Assembly (NCBI GenBank): GCA_043228905.1
Contig: JBHGNT010000002.1
Span: 11,842,001-11,906,000, forward strand
Length of the DNA stretch: 64,000 bases
DNA from: Azolla caroliniana
Taxonomy: Eukaryota > Plantae > Polypodiophyta
Direction of reading: 5' to 3'
The position numbers and the translations under genes were made by a program. The notes under the pieces were generated by a model. That model was not told the origin of the DNA. It saw only the letters and a program-made list of their open reading frames with translations, and ran no database searches. Below are positions 1 to 12,861 of the stretch, piece by piece. Position 1 is the first letter of the stretch; each line of letters starts with the position of its first letter.

Positions 1-1320
1 GTAAGGCAATTATCTTGTATCGTAGAGGTGCAAGGTTCAAACCTTGCTTGCACCCCTCTATATGAACTCAAGTGCCACTAGGCCTTAGGAGGCTCATTTG
101 CTAAGTGTATGTGCAATGTTGCACATCCTTGGTTTATTCGTCTCACTCGGTTTCACACCGTAGCTGAAAATCGTCACGACATCCACCCCCACCAAACCTG
201 CACATCCTCCGGTATGTGCCGAGAAAGGTAAAGAGGTGAGATCTTTGGCAATGGTGATCAACCGAGTTCCTCCGCATGCTCGTCGACCTCGTCTGACTTC
301 GTCTTCCACTTCGAGTATGCGCAATCTTTCCAACCAAACCACTGTAGCCGCCCGATCCACCATATCCGGCGCTCACACCTTCTTCCCCGATCGGTTGTAG
401 TAGATCTACCAAACGATGTCGTCGATCCGACTGCTCTTCCTTCGTCCTTCGATTGGACTCTTGGCCACTCCTCGCGCTCACCGTCTTCAACTGGGTGTTG
501 TGGATCATTCGTGTCGATCTCCGATTATGCCAGGTTTGCCCTTGTCCGGATCGGTCTCCGCCGATCGCTTCTTGGCTCGGTTGGCCTTCGTCTGCATTTG
601 TATTTCGCCGAGTTGGGCTTGACCGATTGATTCTGGCCAGGTCGGGCCCCTTTTGGATCGGGATCATCCGATCGCTTTCCTCTGAATCAAGTTTCAGCCG
701 GGTCGGCCTTTGTCGATCATCTCCCATGTGGATCTTCCTTCGTTCGGGTCGGAATCCCAGCCGGATCGTCTTCTGGTTCGACTGGTTCTCAACTCTTCCT
801 TCCTTCCTGTATGCTGCCTCTCCATCGAACTCAACCACGACTTCATCCTTGGCCTCCTCGTCGGCCACATCCTTCCCTCCGTGTATGCTCGCCTCGAGCC
901 ATATTGTCTCCTCTCCGCCACCTCCTTTATCTTCGGTCTTATGTCGACACACAGTCTCGACTGGCGAAGTCTTCGGAACCAGTGTGAAGGAATCCCTTCG
1001 TTCATGCACATTTACCTTGTCTTCCTCATTGCCCTTCTGGTCGTCCGCTTTTCCTTCCACACATTCCGTCTCTCTGGTCTCACGTTGGCGCACGTGCACA
1101 ACTGCCGAAGTCTCTAGAATAGATGTGGGGATATCCTTTCTTCCTCGATCTTCTTCCTCCTTGTGTTGGGCCTTCGTCTTCCCGTCACCACCTTCTGTCT
1201 CTCCGGTCTCACTTTGGCACATAGGCGCAACCGCCGAAGTCTCTGGAACAAGTGTGGAGAAAGTCTTGACATGGCTATTTGTTGTCGACTCGTCCATAGC
1301 CACCTTCGACTCGATGTCGT

Positions 1321-1841
1321 TGTTACCCCGTACGAGATGTATGGAGAGTCAATGTGATGAGCGAGGGTAAAATGTTATCATGATGATTGTTGTGTGTTTG
1401 TAGGGGGCATAAATGTAATCGTGAGTCGATACGTATGTGAACACATGCACACGTGTGTGCATGTGGATGGATACGAGGAGGTATGAGTGAGTGTCCAGTA
1501 TGAATGCTCTAGGGGGCTTACACCCCTTTGTATCTACCCCCTCTTGTACTATTTAACCCCCTTATGGGGAATGAATGATGAATAACCATTTTTCTCTCTC
1601 TCAATCTCTCTCTTGTCATCTCTCTCTTCTATCTCCCCTTAACGTTGAACCCCCTTGGGAGGGGGGTGGAGCCATTCTAGGCACCACCCCCCACCCCGTA
1701 ATGCTTCTCAATCACTTGTCAACATCTTCATCTCAATCTCTCTCACCATCATACTCTCCACCATCTTCACTATTCCACCATTTCTATCTTCGTCATCGAT
1801 AATCATCATTACCATTAACCCTAACCCTAAAACCTATAACA
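1321..1841 (+). repeat. LTR 1 of tandem array
   Basis: TGTTACCCC...CCTATAACA; TATA-like TATTTAA at ~1550, then an AATAA signal; telobox-like AACCCTAACCCTAAA near the 3' end. Confidence 0.92.
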
Positions 1842-1846
1842 CCTTT

Positions 1847-1856
1847 TGGCGACCAC
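1847..1856 (+). promoter_or_regulatory. Putative PBS (TGGCGACCAC, tRNA-Arg type) of the tandem element; copies at 4510 and 7173
   Basis: 5 nt after the LTR end; complementary to ..GUGGUCGCCA, the 3' end I recall for plant tRNA-Arg(UCG). Confidence 0.6.
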
Positions 1857-3962
1857 TAAGGCGACCCCCCTTTGGAGACGAAGTCGAAGACTAGGATGCG
1901 GCAAAGACATGGCAACGATGAAATGTGCGAGAAATCAAATGGATGATGTGCGGGAAATGGTGATGTTGATTAGAAGCCGTCGAGGTCGAGGAATGCAACA
2001 CAATGCAACACAGTGATGTTGTGCGAGAGGACGTCGCACAAGGATACGCAACAAACGTATGTTCAAGTGTGTGGTTAACGACAATGTGCGTGTGCAGGAA
2101 AGTGTGGTGCGAGAGACAACCAAAAAGACAAGGACGACACTAACTGTCAAAGCGGCTAGAATAGCCAGACAACGGCTGTAAAGAGACTGGAGTAGTTGGA
2201 CAACATCCAGAACGGCGGGAATGGCCAAATAGGGACTGGAGCGATGGCGACGGCTCGACAACCGACGACAGGAACAATGATGACGCCGAAATAAGATCGG
2301 AGAGACACTGGACGAAGATGGAGTCGGCCAAACAGAGACCAACCAATGGAAAGCTTGAGAAAAGCAATAGTGACCGGAGCGGGAGCCGACTGGAATGGCC
2401 AGAGATGGGAGTAGCCGGATAACAGCCGAACTGACTACCGGAAAACCAGCCTGATCGAACTTGAACGGGCCGAAGAGCAACCGAAGAGCAGTCGGAGTGG
2501 CCGAACGGCGTAGGAACGGAGGCGCCCGAACAACGGCAGAAGCGTAACAAAGATGGATAGGCGGCCGAACAATGATGGCCGGAGACGGAGATAGAAATGC
2601 AGACGCGGACGGGAAGACAATGACGACATCCAGATGGCGACGACGCAAGACACCGACAACTGGAGGAAGGCCGAAACCGTGACAAAGATGGAAGGCCAAA
2701 AGAGGCAACAGAAATTGACGACGGCCGGAGTGGAAGGACAACAGAGTCGGAAACGACCGGAATGATGGATGACGACAGATCGTCGGCCAGAGCAGCAGCG
2801 GGCGGGCGCATAACCAGAAACAGCCAGTAAGAACGGCGGGATGGACTAAAACAGACCGGACCAGACAAACAAATGAACCGGAAGATGAATGACAGTGCTA
2901 GACAAAGACGGCGAAACTGGTGGCTGGAGACGGAGAAGAAAACGGAAATGGTGGCGGGAGTCAGACAGAGCCGGCAGGACGACGAACATGTCTGACGATA
3001 ACGACCAAACAACGGCCGGACAACGGACAACAACAGCTAGGAGATGGCCAAAGTGACGGAGAGGCAACCGAAAGGGCTGGACAGAGACATTGGACGAATA
3101 GAAGGGTGAACAACGGCCGGATCGACGGCCGAAATAGAGATAGGCCGGATAGGGCTAATAAAGACGATGACGCCGGACAGTGGCCGCACAGAGACGGTTG
3201 CAGAGGCAGAGACAGACGGCGACTGGCGCCGAGGGATGGATACTATGGAGCTTCAGAAGGAGAGGAAGCAAAAACAGGCATAGAACGAGGAGAAATAGTG
3301 CAAAAGGAAGAAAAAAGAATGAAGGAGAAGAAAGGATGGAGCAGCACAAACAGAGAAGAAGAGAAAGAAAGAGAGGAAAAATGGAAGAAGTCATGGAAGA
3401 CATGGAGAGACGGAGAAGAAAGAGAGAAAAAGAAGAAGAAAGAGAGAAAAAGAAGAGAAAGAAGAAAATCGAAGAAGAGAAAGGTATACAGAGACAGACG
3501 TGAGCACGAGAGAGACAGAGATACAAGAGCAAGAAGAAGAAATAAAGAGAAAAACCTAGAATAAAATTGAAAACAGAGAGAAAAAGAAGAAAAAAAAGGG
3601 GGGGGCATGTAACAAATATTGAAACCTTGAGGGTGCTGAATGAAATTGTGAAACCTCAAGGGTACATATCAAAATTTTAAAAAATACGAGGGCACCATTA
3701 GAATTTTGAAAATCCCCAAGACTACTCACACACACTCAAAACAAAGGAAGAACACACATACATACGACATGATTTTGGACCCATGACGAAGTTCGTAAGT
3801 CGACAAAACGAGAATGTTTGTGTCGCGGACGATTTGCTGACCGACAAAGATGTTCGAGTCAAGCATTCCGATCGAGGGAGTCGATCGTTGAAAGGACCGA
3901 TGGAAGTTCCGGTCGAAGAAATATCATCATCATGGCATGTGGGATCGACGTGCAAGGCACTT

Positions 3963-3978
3963 TCCCACGGGCGTGCCA
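3963..3978 (-). promoter_or_regulatory. Inverted PBS / tRNA-Arg 3'-end copy at the PPT position; copies at 6626-6641 and 9289-9304
   Basis: TCCCACGGGCGTGCCA, 5 nt before the downstream LTR; reverse complement TGGCACGCCCGTGGGA. Confidence 0.7.
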
Positions 3979-3983
3979 TATTG

Positions 3984-4504
3984 TGTTACCCCGTACGAGA
4001 TGTACGGAGAGTCAATGTGATGAGCGAGGGTAAAATGTTATCATGATGATTGTTGTGTGTTTGTAGGGGGCATAAATGTAATCGTGAGTCGATACGTATG
4101 TGAACACATGCACACGTGTGTGCATGTGGATGGATACGAGGAGGTATGAGTGAGTGTCCAGTATGAATGCTCTAGGGGGCTTACACCCCTTTGTATCTAC
4201 CCCCTCTTGTACTATTTAACCCCCTTATGGGGAATGAATGATGAATAACCATTTTTCTCTCTCTCAATCTCTCTCTTGTCATCTCTCTCTTCTATCTCCC
4301 CTTAACGTTGAACCCCCTTGGGAGGGGGGTGGAGCCATTCTAGGCACCACCCCCCACCCCGTAATGCTTCTCAATCACTTGTCAACATCTTCATCTCAAT
4401 CTCTCTCACCATCATACTCTCCACCATCTTCACTATTCCACCATTTCTATCTTCGTCATCGATAATCATCATTACCATTAACCCTAACCCTAAAACCTAT
4501 AACA
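3984..4504 (+). repeat. LTR 2 of tandem array
   Basis: Copy of 1321-1841 offset by 2663 bp. Confidence 0.92.
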
Positions 4505-6646
4505 CCTTTTGGCGACCACTAAGGCGACCCCCCTTTGGAGACGAAGTCGAAGACTAGGATGCGGCAAAGACATGGCAACGATGAAATGTGCGAGAAATCA
4601 AATGGATGATGTGCGGGAAATGGTGATGTTGATTAGAAGCCGTCGAGGTCGAGGAATGCAACACAATGCAACACAGTGATGTTGTGCGAGAGGACGTCGC
4701 ACAAGGATACGCAACAAACGTATGTTCAAGTGTGTGGTTAACGACAATGTGCGTGTGCAGGAAAGTGTGGTGCGAGAGACAACCAAAAAGACAAGGACGA
4801 CACTAACTGTCAAAGCGGCTAGAATAGCCAGACAACGGCTGTAAAGAGACTGGAGTAGTTGGACAACATCCAGAACGGCGGGAATGGCCAAATAGGGACT
4901 GGAGCGATGGCGACGGCTCGACAACCGACGACAGGAACAATGATGACGCCGAAATAAGATCGGAGAGACACTGGACGAAGATGGAGTCGGCCAAACAGAG
5001 ACCAACCAATGGAAAGCTTGAGAAAAGCAATAGTGACCGGAGCGGGAGCCGACTGGAATGGCCAGAGATGGGAGTAGCCGGATAACAGCCGAACTGACTA
5101 CCGGAAAACCAGCCTGATCGAACTTGAACGGGCCGAAGAGCAACCGAAGAGCAGTCGGAGTGGCCGAACGGCGTAGGAACGGAGGCGCCCGAACAACGGC
5201 AGAAGCGTAACAAAGATGGATAGGCGGCCGAACAATGATGGCCGGAGACGGAGATAGAAATGCAGACGCGGACGGGAAGACAATGACGACATCCAGATGG
5301 CGACGACGCAAGACACCGACAACTGGAGGAAGGCCGAAACCGTGACAAAGATGGAAGGCCAAAAGAGGCAACAGAAATTGACGACGGCCGGAGTGGAAGG
5401 ACAACAGAGTCGGAAACGACCGGAATGATGGATGACGACAGATCGTCGGCCAGAGCAGCAGCGGGCGGGCGCATAACCAGAAACAGCCAGTAAGAACGGC
5501 GGGATGGACTAAAACAGACCGGACCAGACAAACAAATGAACCGGAAGATGAATGACAGTGCTAGACAAAGACGGCGAAACTGGTGGCTGGAGACGGAGAA
5601 GAAAACGGAAATGGTGGCGGGAGTCAGACAGAGCCGGCAGGACGACGAACATGTCTGACGATAACGACCAAACAACGGCCGGACAACGGACAACAACAGC
5701 TAGGAGATGGCCAAAGTGACGGAGAGGCAACCGAAAGGGCTGGACAGAGACATTGGACGAATAGAAGGGTGAACAACGGCCGGATCGACGGCCGAAATAG
5801 AGATAGGCCGGATAGGGCTAATAAAGACGATGACGCCGGACAGTGGCCGCACAGAGACGGTTGCAGAGGCAGAGACAGACGGCGACTGGCGCCGAGGGAT
5901 GGATACTATGGAGCTTCAGAAGGAGAGGAAGCAAAAACAGGCATAGAACGAGGAGAAATAGTGCAAAAGGAAGAAAAAAGAATGAAGGAGAAGAAAGGAT
6001 GGAGCAGCACAAACAGAGAAGAAGAGAAAGAAAGAGAGGAAAAATGGAAGAAGTCATGGAAGACATGGAGAGACGGAGAAGAAAGAGAGAAAAAGAAGAA
6101 GAAAGAGAGAAAAAGAAGAGAAAGAAGAAAATCGAAGAAGAGAAAGGTATACAGAGACAGACGTGAGCACGAGAGAGACAGAGATACAAGAGCAAGAAGA
6201 AGAAATAAAGAGAAAAACCTAGAATAAAATTGAAAACAGAGAGAAAAAGAAGAAAAAAAAGGGGGGGGCATGTAACAAATATTGAAACCTTGAGGGTGCT
6301 GAATGAAATTGTGAAACCTCAAGGGTACATATCAAAATTTTAAAAAATACGAGGGCACCATTAGAATTTTGAAAATCCCCAAGACTACTCACACACACTC
6401 AAAACAAAGGAAGAACACACATACATACGACATGATTTTGGACCCATGACGAAGTTCGTAAGTCGACAAAACGAGAATGTTTGTGTCGCGGACGATTTGC
6501 TGACCGACAAAGATGTTCGAGTCAAGCATTCCGATCGAGGGAGTCGATCGTTGAAAGGACCGATGGAAGTTCCGGTCGAAGAAATATCATCATCATGGCA
6601 TGTGGGATCGACGTGCAAGGCACTTTCCCACAGGCGTGCCATATTG

Positions 6647-7167
6647 TGTTACCCCGTACGAGATGTACGGAGAGTCAATGTGATGAGCGAGGGTAAAATG
6701 TTATCATGATGATTGTTGTGTGTTTGTAGGGGGCATAAATGTAATCGTGAGTCGATACGTATGTGAACACATGCACACGTGTGTGCATGTGGATGGATAC
6801 GAGGAGGTATGAGTGAGTGTCCAGTATGAATGCTCTAGGGGGCTTACACCCCTTTGTATCTACCCCCTCTTGTACTATTTAACCCCCTTATGGGGAATGA
6901 ATGATGAATAACCATTTTTCTCTCTCTCAATCTCTCTCTTGTCATCTCTCTCTTCTATCTCCCCTTAACGTTGAACCCCCTTGGGAGGGGGGTGGAGCCA
7001 TTCTAGGCACCACCCCCCACCCCGTAATGCTTCTCAATCACTTGTCAACATCTTCATCTCAATCTCTCTCACCATCATACTCTCCACCATCTTCACTATT
7101 CCACCATTTCTATCTTCGTCATCGATAATCATCATTACCATTAACCCTAACCCTAAAACCTATAACA
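6647..7167 (+). repeat. LTR 3 of tandem array
   Basis: Copy of 1321-1841 offset by 5326 bp. Confidence 0.92.
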
Positions 7168-9309
7168 CCTTTTGGCGACCACTAAGGCGACCCCCCTTTG
7201 GAGACGAAGTCGAAGACTAGGATGCGGCAAAGACATGGCAACGATGAAATGTGCGAGAAATCAAATGGATGATGTGCGGGAAATGGTGATGTTGATTAGA
7301 AGCCGTCGAGGTCGAGGAATGCAACACAATGCAACACAGTGATGTTGTGCGAGAGGACGTCGCACAAGGATACGCAACAAACGTATGTTCAAGTGTGTGG
7401 TTAACGACAATGTGCGTGTGCAGGAAAGTGTGGTGCGAGAGACAACCAAAAAGACAAGGACGACACTAACTGTCAAAGCGGCTAGAATAGCCAGACAACG
7501 GCTGTAAAGAGACTGGAGTAGTTGGACAACATCCAGAACGGCGGGAATGGCCAAATAGGGACTGGAGCGATGGCGACGGCTCGACAACCGACGACAGGAA
7601 CAATGATGACGCCGAAATAAGATCGGAGAGACACTGGACGAAGATGGAGTCGGCCAAACAGAGACCAACCAATGGAAAGCTTGAGAAAAGCAATAGTGAC
7701 CGGAGCGGGAGCCGACTGGAATGGCCAGAGATGGGAGTAGCCGGATAACAGCCGAACTGACTACCGGAAAACCAGCCTGATCGAACTTGAACGGGCCGAA
7801 GAGCAACCGAAGAGCAGTCGGAGTGGCCGAACGGCGTAGGAACGGAGGCGCCCGAACAACGGCAGAAGCGTAACAAAGATGGATAGGCGGCCGAACAATG
7901 ATGGCCGGAGACGGAGATAGAAATGCAGACGCGGACGGGAAGACAATGACGACATCCAGATGGCGACGACGCAAGACACCGACAACTGGAGGAAGGCCGA
8001 AACCGTGACAAAGATGGAAGGCCAAAAGAGGCAACAGAAATTGACGACGGCCGGAGTGGAAGGACAACAGAGTCGGAAACGACCGGAATGATGGATGACG
8101 ACAGATCGTCGGCCAGAGCAGCAGCGGGCGGGCGCATAACCAGAAACAGCCAGTAAGAACGGCGGGATGGACTAAAACAGACCGGACCAGACAAACAAAT
8201 GAACCGGAAGATGAATGACAGTGCTAGACAAAGACGGCGAAACTGGTGGCTGGAGACGGAGAAGAAAACGGAAATGGTGGCGGGAGTCAGACAGAGCCGG
8301 CAGGACGACGAACATGTCTGATGATAACGACCAAACAACGGCCGGACAACGGACAACAACAGCTAGGAGATGGCCAAAGTGACGGAGAGGCAACCGAAAG
8401 GGCTGGACAGAGACATTGGACGAATAGAAGGGTGAACAACGGCCGGATCGACGGCCGGAATAGAGATAGGCCGGATAGGGCTAATAAAGACGATGACGCC
8501 GGACAGTGGCCGCACAGAGACGGTTGCAGAGGCAGAGACAGACGGCGACTGGCGCCGAGGGATGGATACTATGGAGCTTCAGAAGGAGAGGAAGCAAAAA
8601 CAGGCATAGAACGAGGAGAAATAGTGCAAAAGGAAGAAAAAAGAATGAAGGAGAAGAAAGGATGGAGCAGCACAAACAGAGAAGAAGAGAAAGAAAGAGA
8701 GGAAAAATGGAAGAAGTCATGGAAGACATGGAGAGACGGAGAAGAAAGAGAGAAAAAGAAGAAGAAAGAGAGAAAAAGAAGAGAAAGAAGAAAATCGAAG
8801 AAGAGAAAGGTATACAGAGACAGACGTGAGCACGAGAGAGACAGAGATACAAGAGCAAGAAGAAGAAATAAAGAGAAAAACCTAGAATAAAATTGAAAAC
8901 AGAGAGAAAAAGAAGAAAAAAAAGGGGGGGGCATGTAACAAATATTGAAACCTTGAGGGTGCTGAATGAAATTGTGAAACCTCAAGGGTACATATCAAAA
9001 TTTTAAAAAATACGAGGGCACCATTAGAATTTTGAAAATCCCCAAGACTACTCACACACACTCAAAACAAAGGAAGAACACACATACATACGACATGATT
9101 TTGGACCCATGACGAAGTTCGTAAGTCGACAAAACGAGAATGTTTGTGTCGCGGACGATTTGCTGACCGACAAAGATGTTCGAGTCAAGCATTCCGATCG
9201 AGGGAGTCGATCGTTGAAAGGACCGATGGAAGTTCCGGTCGAAGAAATATCATCATCATGGCATGTGGGATCGACGTGCAAGGCACTTTCCCACGGGCGT
9301 GCCATATTG

Positions 9310-9830
9310 TGTTACCCCGTACGAGATGTACGGAGAGTCAATGTGATGAGCGAGGGTAAAATGTTATCATGATGATTGTTGTGTGTTTGTAGGGGGCATA
9401 AATGTAATCGTGAGTCGATACGTATGTGAACACATGCACACGTGTGTGCATGTGGATGGATACGAGGAGGTATGAGTGAGTGTCCAGTATGAATGCTCTA
9501 GGGGGCTTACACCCCTTTGTATCTACCCCCTCTTGTACTATTTAACCCCCTTATGGGGAATGAATGATGAATAACCATTTTTCTCTCTCTCAATCTCTCT
9601 CTTGTCATCTCTCTCTTCTATCTCCCCTTAACGTTGAACCCCCTTGGGAGGGGGGTGGAGCCATTCTAGGCACCACCCCCCACCCCGTAATGCTTCTCAA
9701 TCACTTGTCAACATCTTCATCTCAATCTCTCTCACCATCATACTCTCCACCATCTTCACTATTCCACCATTTCTATCTTCGTCATCGATAATCATCATTA
9801 CCATTAACCCTAACCCTAAAACCTATAACA
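9310..9830 (+). repeat. LTR 4 of tandem array
   Basis: Copy of 1321-1841 offset by 7989 bp, followed by TSD GTCGT. Confidence 0.92.
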
Positions 9831-11105
9831 GTCGTTTGTCATGGCTACCTCCTCAATCTCTTCAGACTCAAACACTTTATCTCCCTCGATCATGCAAGTT
9901 TTTCTCATGCTTGCACCTTCATCACCCAATGTTTCGTACAGAATGTGTGTTCCGAAACTTTTATCCTCCCTCGAAGTGGTGTTCGTCGTCCTCGAGTCAT
10001 CGGCCTCCTCCTTGGCCGTCGTTTCTTCGTAAGACAAGAAGGTGACTTGTTTTGCACCTTCTCTCTCGGTACCGTCATACCGAACTTGAGCCTTTGTATC
10101 GGCCACTTCATTAACCCGCATTTGTTGGGAGGTCTCTTCTTCCTCGATCACCATTCGCCTCGGTTTTGTCTCCCTTTTAAGCTTTATTTCTTTTGTTGGT
10201 GGCGCGTTGCTGCATCTCGCCCCTCTTCGATCGTCCCTCATGGGCCGTCTTGTTGTCGTCGATATTCTCGCTCGCCCCTTATCGTCTAGTCGGCATACAC
10301 TTTCCACTTTGCTCCAATCCTCGATGAGGCCATTTGCACCATCATCTTCTTCGAGTTTGAGGCCGATGGACATCCTTTCCATTCGATCGATTGACTTCAC
10401 GAACATAAGGACCTTATCAACCCCCACTAATCTTTGTTCCCGCTCTGAGAGTTGAGAAAAACGATGCTCGAAGTCTACGAATGCTTGTGTCGCGCCTTCG
10501 TGGGTCTTCGCCGATGTCACCCATTGGTCGAAGTTGCGTCGATCTCATCCCTTCAGTCTCTCATAGCCATATTCCTCCAATAGAGCCTTCTCGAAAGTCG
10601 CCCACGAATCATGAGCTTCTAGAAGCTCTTTTACATCTTAGAAGATCGGTTGAGACACCACCTGACAAAAGTACTCTAGCCTCATAGCTTTGTCCACACC
10701 TCTTGAATCCATCTCCGCATTGTAGACTTTTAGGAAACTTTGGACTTCGGCACCATTGAAATAGCTCACTCGCTCGACTACCCTATCGACGGCTTGTTGG
10801 GCTTCATTTCTTCTTTTCCCTTCTCTTAGAAACTCCATCATCCTTTTTGACATTGCCTCCATGAGATATTCGCCATCCATCTTCGTCCTCCCTTGCTGCT
10901 CTTCATGTCGGGTTCACCAAATGATGTCGCGAAGATTCGCGTGTGCGTGTGCTACTCGAGAGACCACCGGGGTCTTGGACTAGGGAGGATGTTTGCAGAA
11001 TTATCGAAGAGATGACGATCAATGTAAGATTAGATGAAATTTGTTTACTTGAGAAGAAGAAAGATTGTACACTTGAGAAGTAGAAAAATATGAAGAAGAT
11101 TGTCA

Positions 11106-12861
11106 ACTCCCATTCCCGAAGGAGAGCTCAGCAAGCAAAGGCCTCCTCGACGTCATACATTGGGATGTATGGGTACCGGCTCAAACACCGACGATTGGCG
11201 GATGCCGATTCTATGTCACCTTCATCGATGACTACTCGCGCTACGGGTGGATCTTCCCGATGAAGAAGAAGAGCGAAGTGTTCTCCCACTTCCAAAAGCT
11301 CAAGGGCCAAGTCGAAAAAGAAACCGATCGGCACATTCGATGCCTACGATCGGATGGAGGCAAGGAGTACTTCTCCGATGAATTCACCTCCTACCTAAAA
11401 GTGGAGGCATTCAGAGAGATTTCTCGTGCCGACACACACCCCAACAAAATGGAGTAGCCGAAAGGAAGAATCGGCAAATACTTGAGGTAGCACGCCCCAT
11501 GATGCATGAGAAGCACATGCCAAACTTCTATTGGGCCGAAGTGCCATCCACGGCCGTCTATCTCATGAATCAATGCACCACTAATGGAGTGCATGAGCTA
11601 ACTCCATACGAGCTCCTCGTCGGAAAGAAGTTGATCCTGTCACACCTTAAGTTTTTCGGAAGCATTCCTAATGTATGCATCCCGAATGAAAGCTGACAGA
11701 AGCCCGACGCGAAGTCGGAGGAATGTATCCTTATAGGATACTCATCCGAGAAGAAGGCATACCAACCCTTCTACCCAAGCGGTTCGGGTAAGTCGAGACG
11801 TAGTCTTCGACGAGTCCGCATCCTGGTAGCACCAGAGACAACTTCGACTCCGACTCCGCTCGACCCAGAATCCGCCGAACAAGAGGTAGAAGATGGAGAT
11901 CGCTTGGAATACATGTTCGAAGAAAGTCCGATTACGGCAAGGCCTAGTGGGCCACAAGAGCCCCTACGCGACCCAAGCATGTCGCGGCCAAGTATGAACT
12001 TGGACAAAGTCAAAGGTAAGATGCCGGAATACGAAGTCGATCACCCCGACGACAGTGATTCAGATGTGTCGGCTCCCTCACTAGACAATGAGTTTAGTGT
12101 ACCCATCATGCGGACACCCGGAGTAAAGAAGATGCTCACATCGGCGAGCGAAAAACTTTGACGCTCTTCTAGAGAGAAGAATTTCGTCACTCGGCTCGGC
12201 TACAACAAGTACATGGCCCATCATTATGCCTTCGCGATGAAGGTAGCGGACGAACAAGAGCCCAAGAGCTCCACTGAAGCAGCTCATAACCCACGATGGG
12301 TGGAAGTAGTCGACCTTCGCCCACACACTACAAGCCTTCGTCACCAGCTTGAGGCAGAGGACCCGAGATTGCCACGGCGAAGAAAGCCGAAGGCCGGATG
12401 GAAGCCACACAGAAGCTGGACAACGCCGAAAGCCAAAGCAGATGTCGGACACCTCACACTTGAGCTTGAGGGGGCGTGTTGAGAGATCAAGCTCAACTTA
12501 GTTTAGTTAGGTAGTCAACCATGTAACTTCGTAGTTACCTAGATAGAATCTAGTTAGAAGTGTTGACTATAACGCCTTAAATAGGACCTTGTACTTAAGT
12601 GGGATATTCTAGATCCTCCACTCCCAAGTACATTTAATATAGGACTTACACCCTTGTACCTATATTCTCCTCGCACATGTGCACCCTTGCACATGAGATC
12701 TATATATACCTCATTGTGGGTATTTTTGTATTTGATGATGATAAAGTTAATTTAATATAGTTACTCATCCCCCATCTTGTGTTGTTCATAAGTGTATCTC
12801 TCTCTCTCTCTCTTCCTCTCACACACATACACACACATATCACATAATCTTCCACTTAACG
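11106..12861 (+). mobile_element. Truncated Ty1/copia fragment (integrase remnant, PPT, 3' LTR ~12477-12861)
   Basis: Copia integrase motifs IRCLRSDGGKEY and MPNFYWAEVPSTAVYLMN; PPT GAGGGGGCG before TGTTGAGAG at 12477; RT absent. Confidence 0.8.

Larger units (their letters stand above)
1321..9830 (+). mobile_element. Tandem-array non-coding LTR element: (LTR-internal)x3 + LTR, unit 2663 bp
   Basis: Four 521-bp TG..CA LTRs and three near-identical ~2.14-kb internal regions. One 5-bp TSD, GTCGT, at 1316-1320 and 9831-9835. The ORF track repeats with a 2663-bp period. Confidence 0.95.
143..10880 (-). pseudogene. gag: Gag-like ORF of G1, split by the tandem array and by stop codons
   Basis: ORFs 10638-10880, 9816-10520 and 143-1303 resemble the gag at 22657-23424 and 63408-64000 (F.G....FL..Y..EM; D.VL.FVKS.D..ER...G..LE...GL..DW..V..VC). 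Removing 1321-9830 and one TSD copy rejoins ..VAMTND|IESKVAMDES.. in frame. Confidence 0.75.
1..11105 (-). mobile_element. Non-autonomous (gag-only) Ty3/gypsy-type LTR element G1, tRNA-Trp primed, interrupted by the tandem array at 1321-9830
   Basis: Minus-strand PBS TGGTGAACCCGACATGA at 10903-10919, next to an LTR edge (TGTCGCG at 10925). Minus-strand PPT GGTGGGGGTGGA at 182-193, next to an LTR edge (..CACGACA at 181). Gag-like ORF between them and no RT/RH/IN motifs. The 5' LTR is cut off near 11105. Confidence 0.8.

Noticed and set aside
453-1370. 305-aa plus-strand ORF
   Set aside because: Antisense shadow of the minus-strand gag extension.
1817-1831. Telomere or telomere-healing site (AACCCTAACCCTAAA)
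   Set aside because: Only two units, and an integral part of every LTR copy.
1935-3659. Long ORFs on both strands in the tandem unit (268, 297, 214 aa and their copies)
   Set aside because: Low-complexity translations of strand-biased purine-rich DNA with no domain motifs; they recur only because the unit is repeated.
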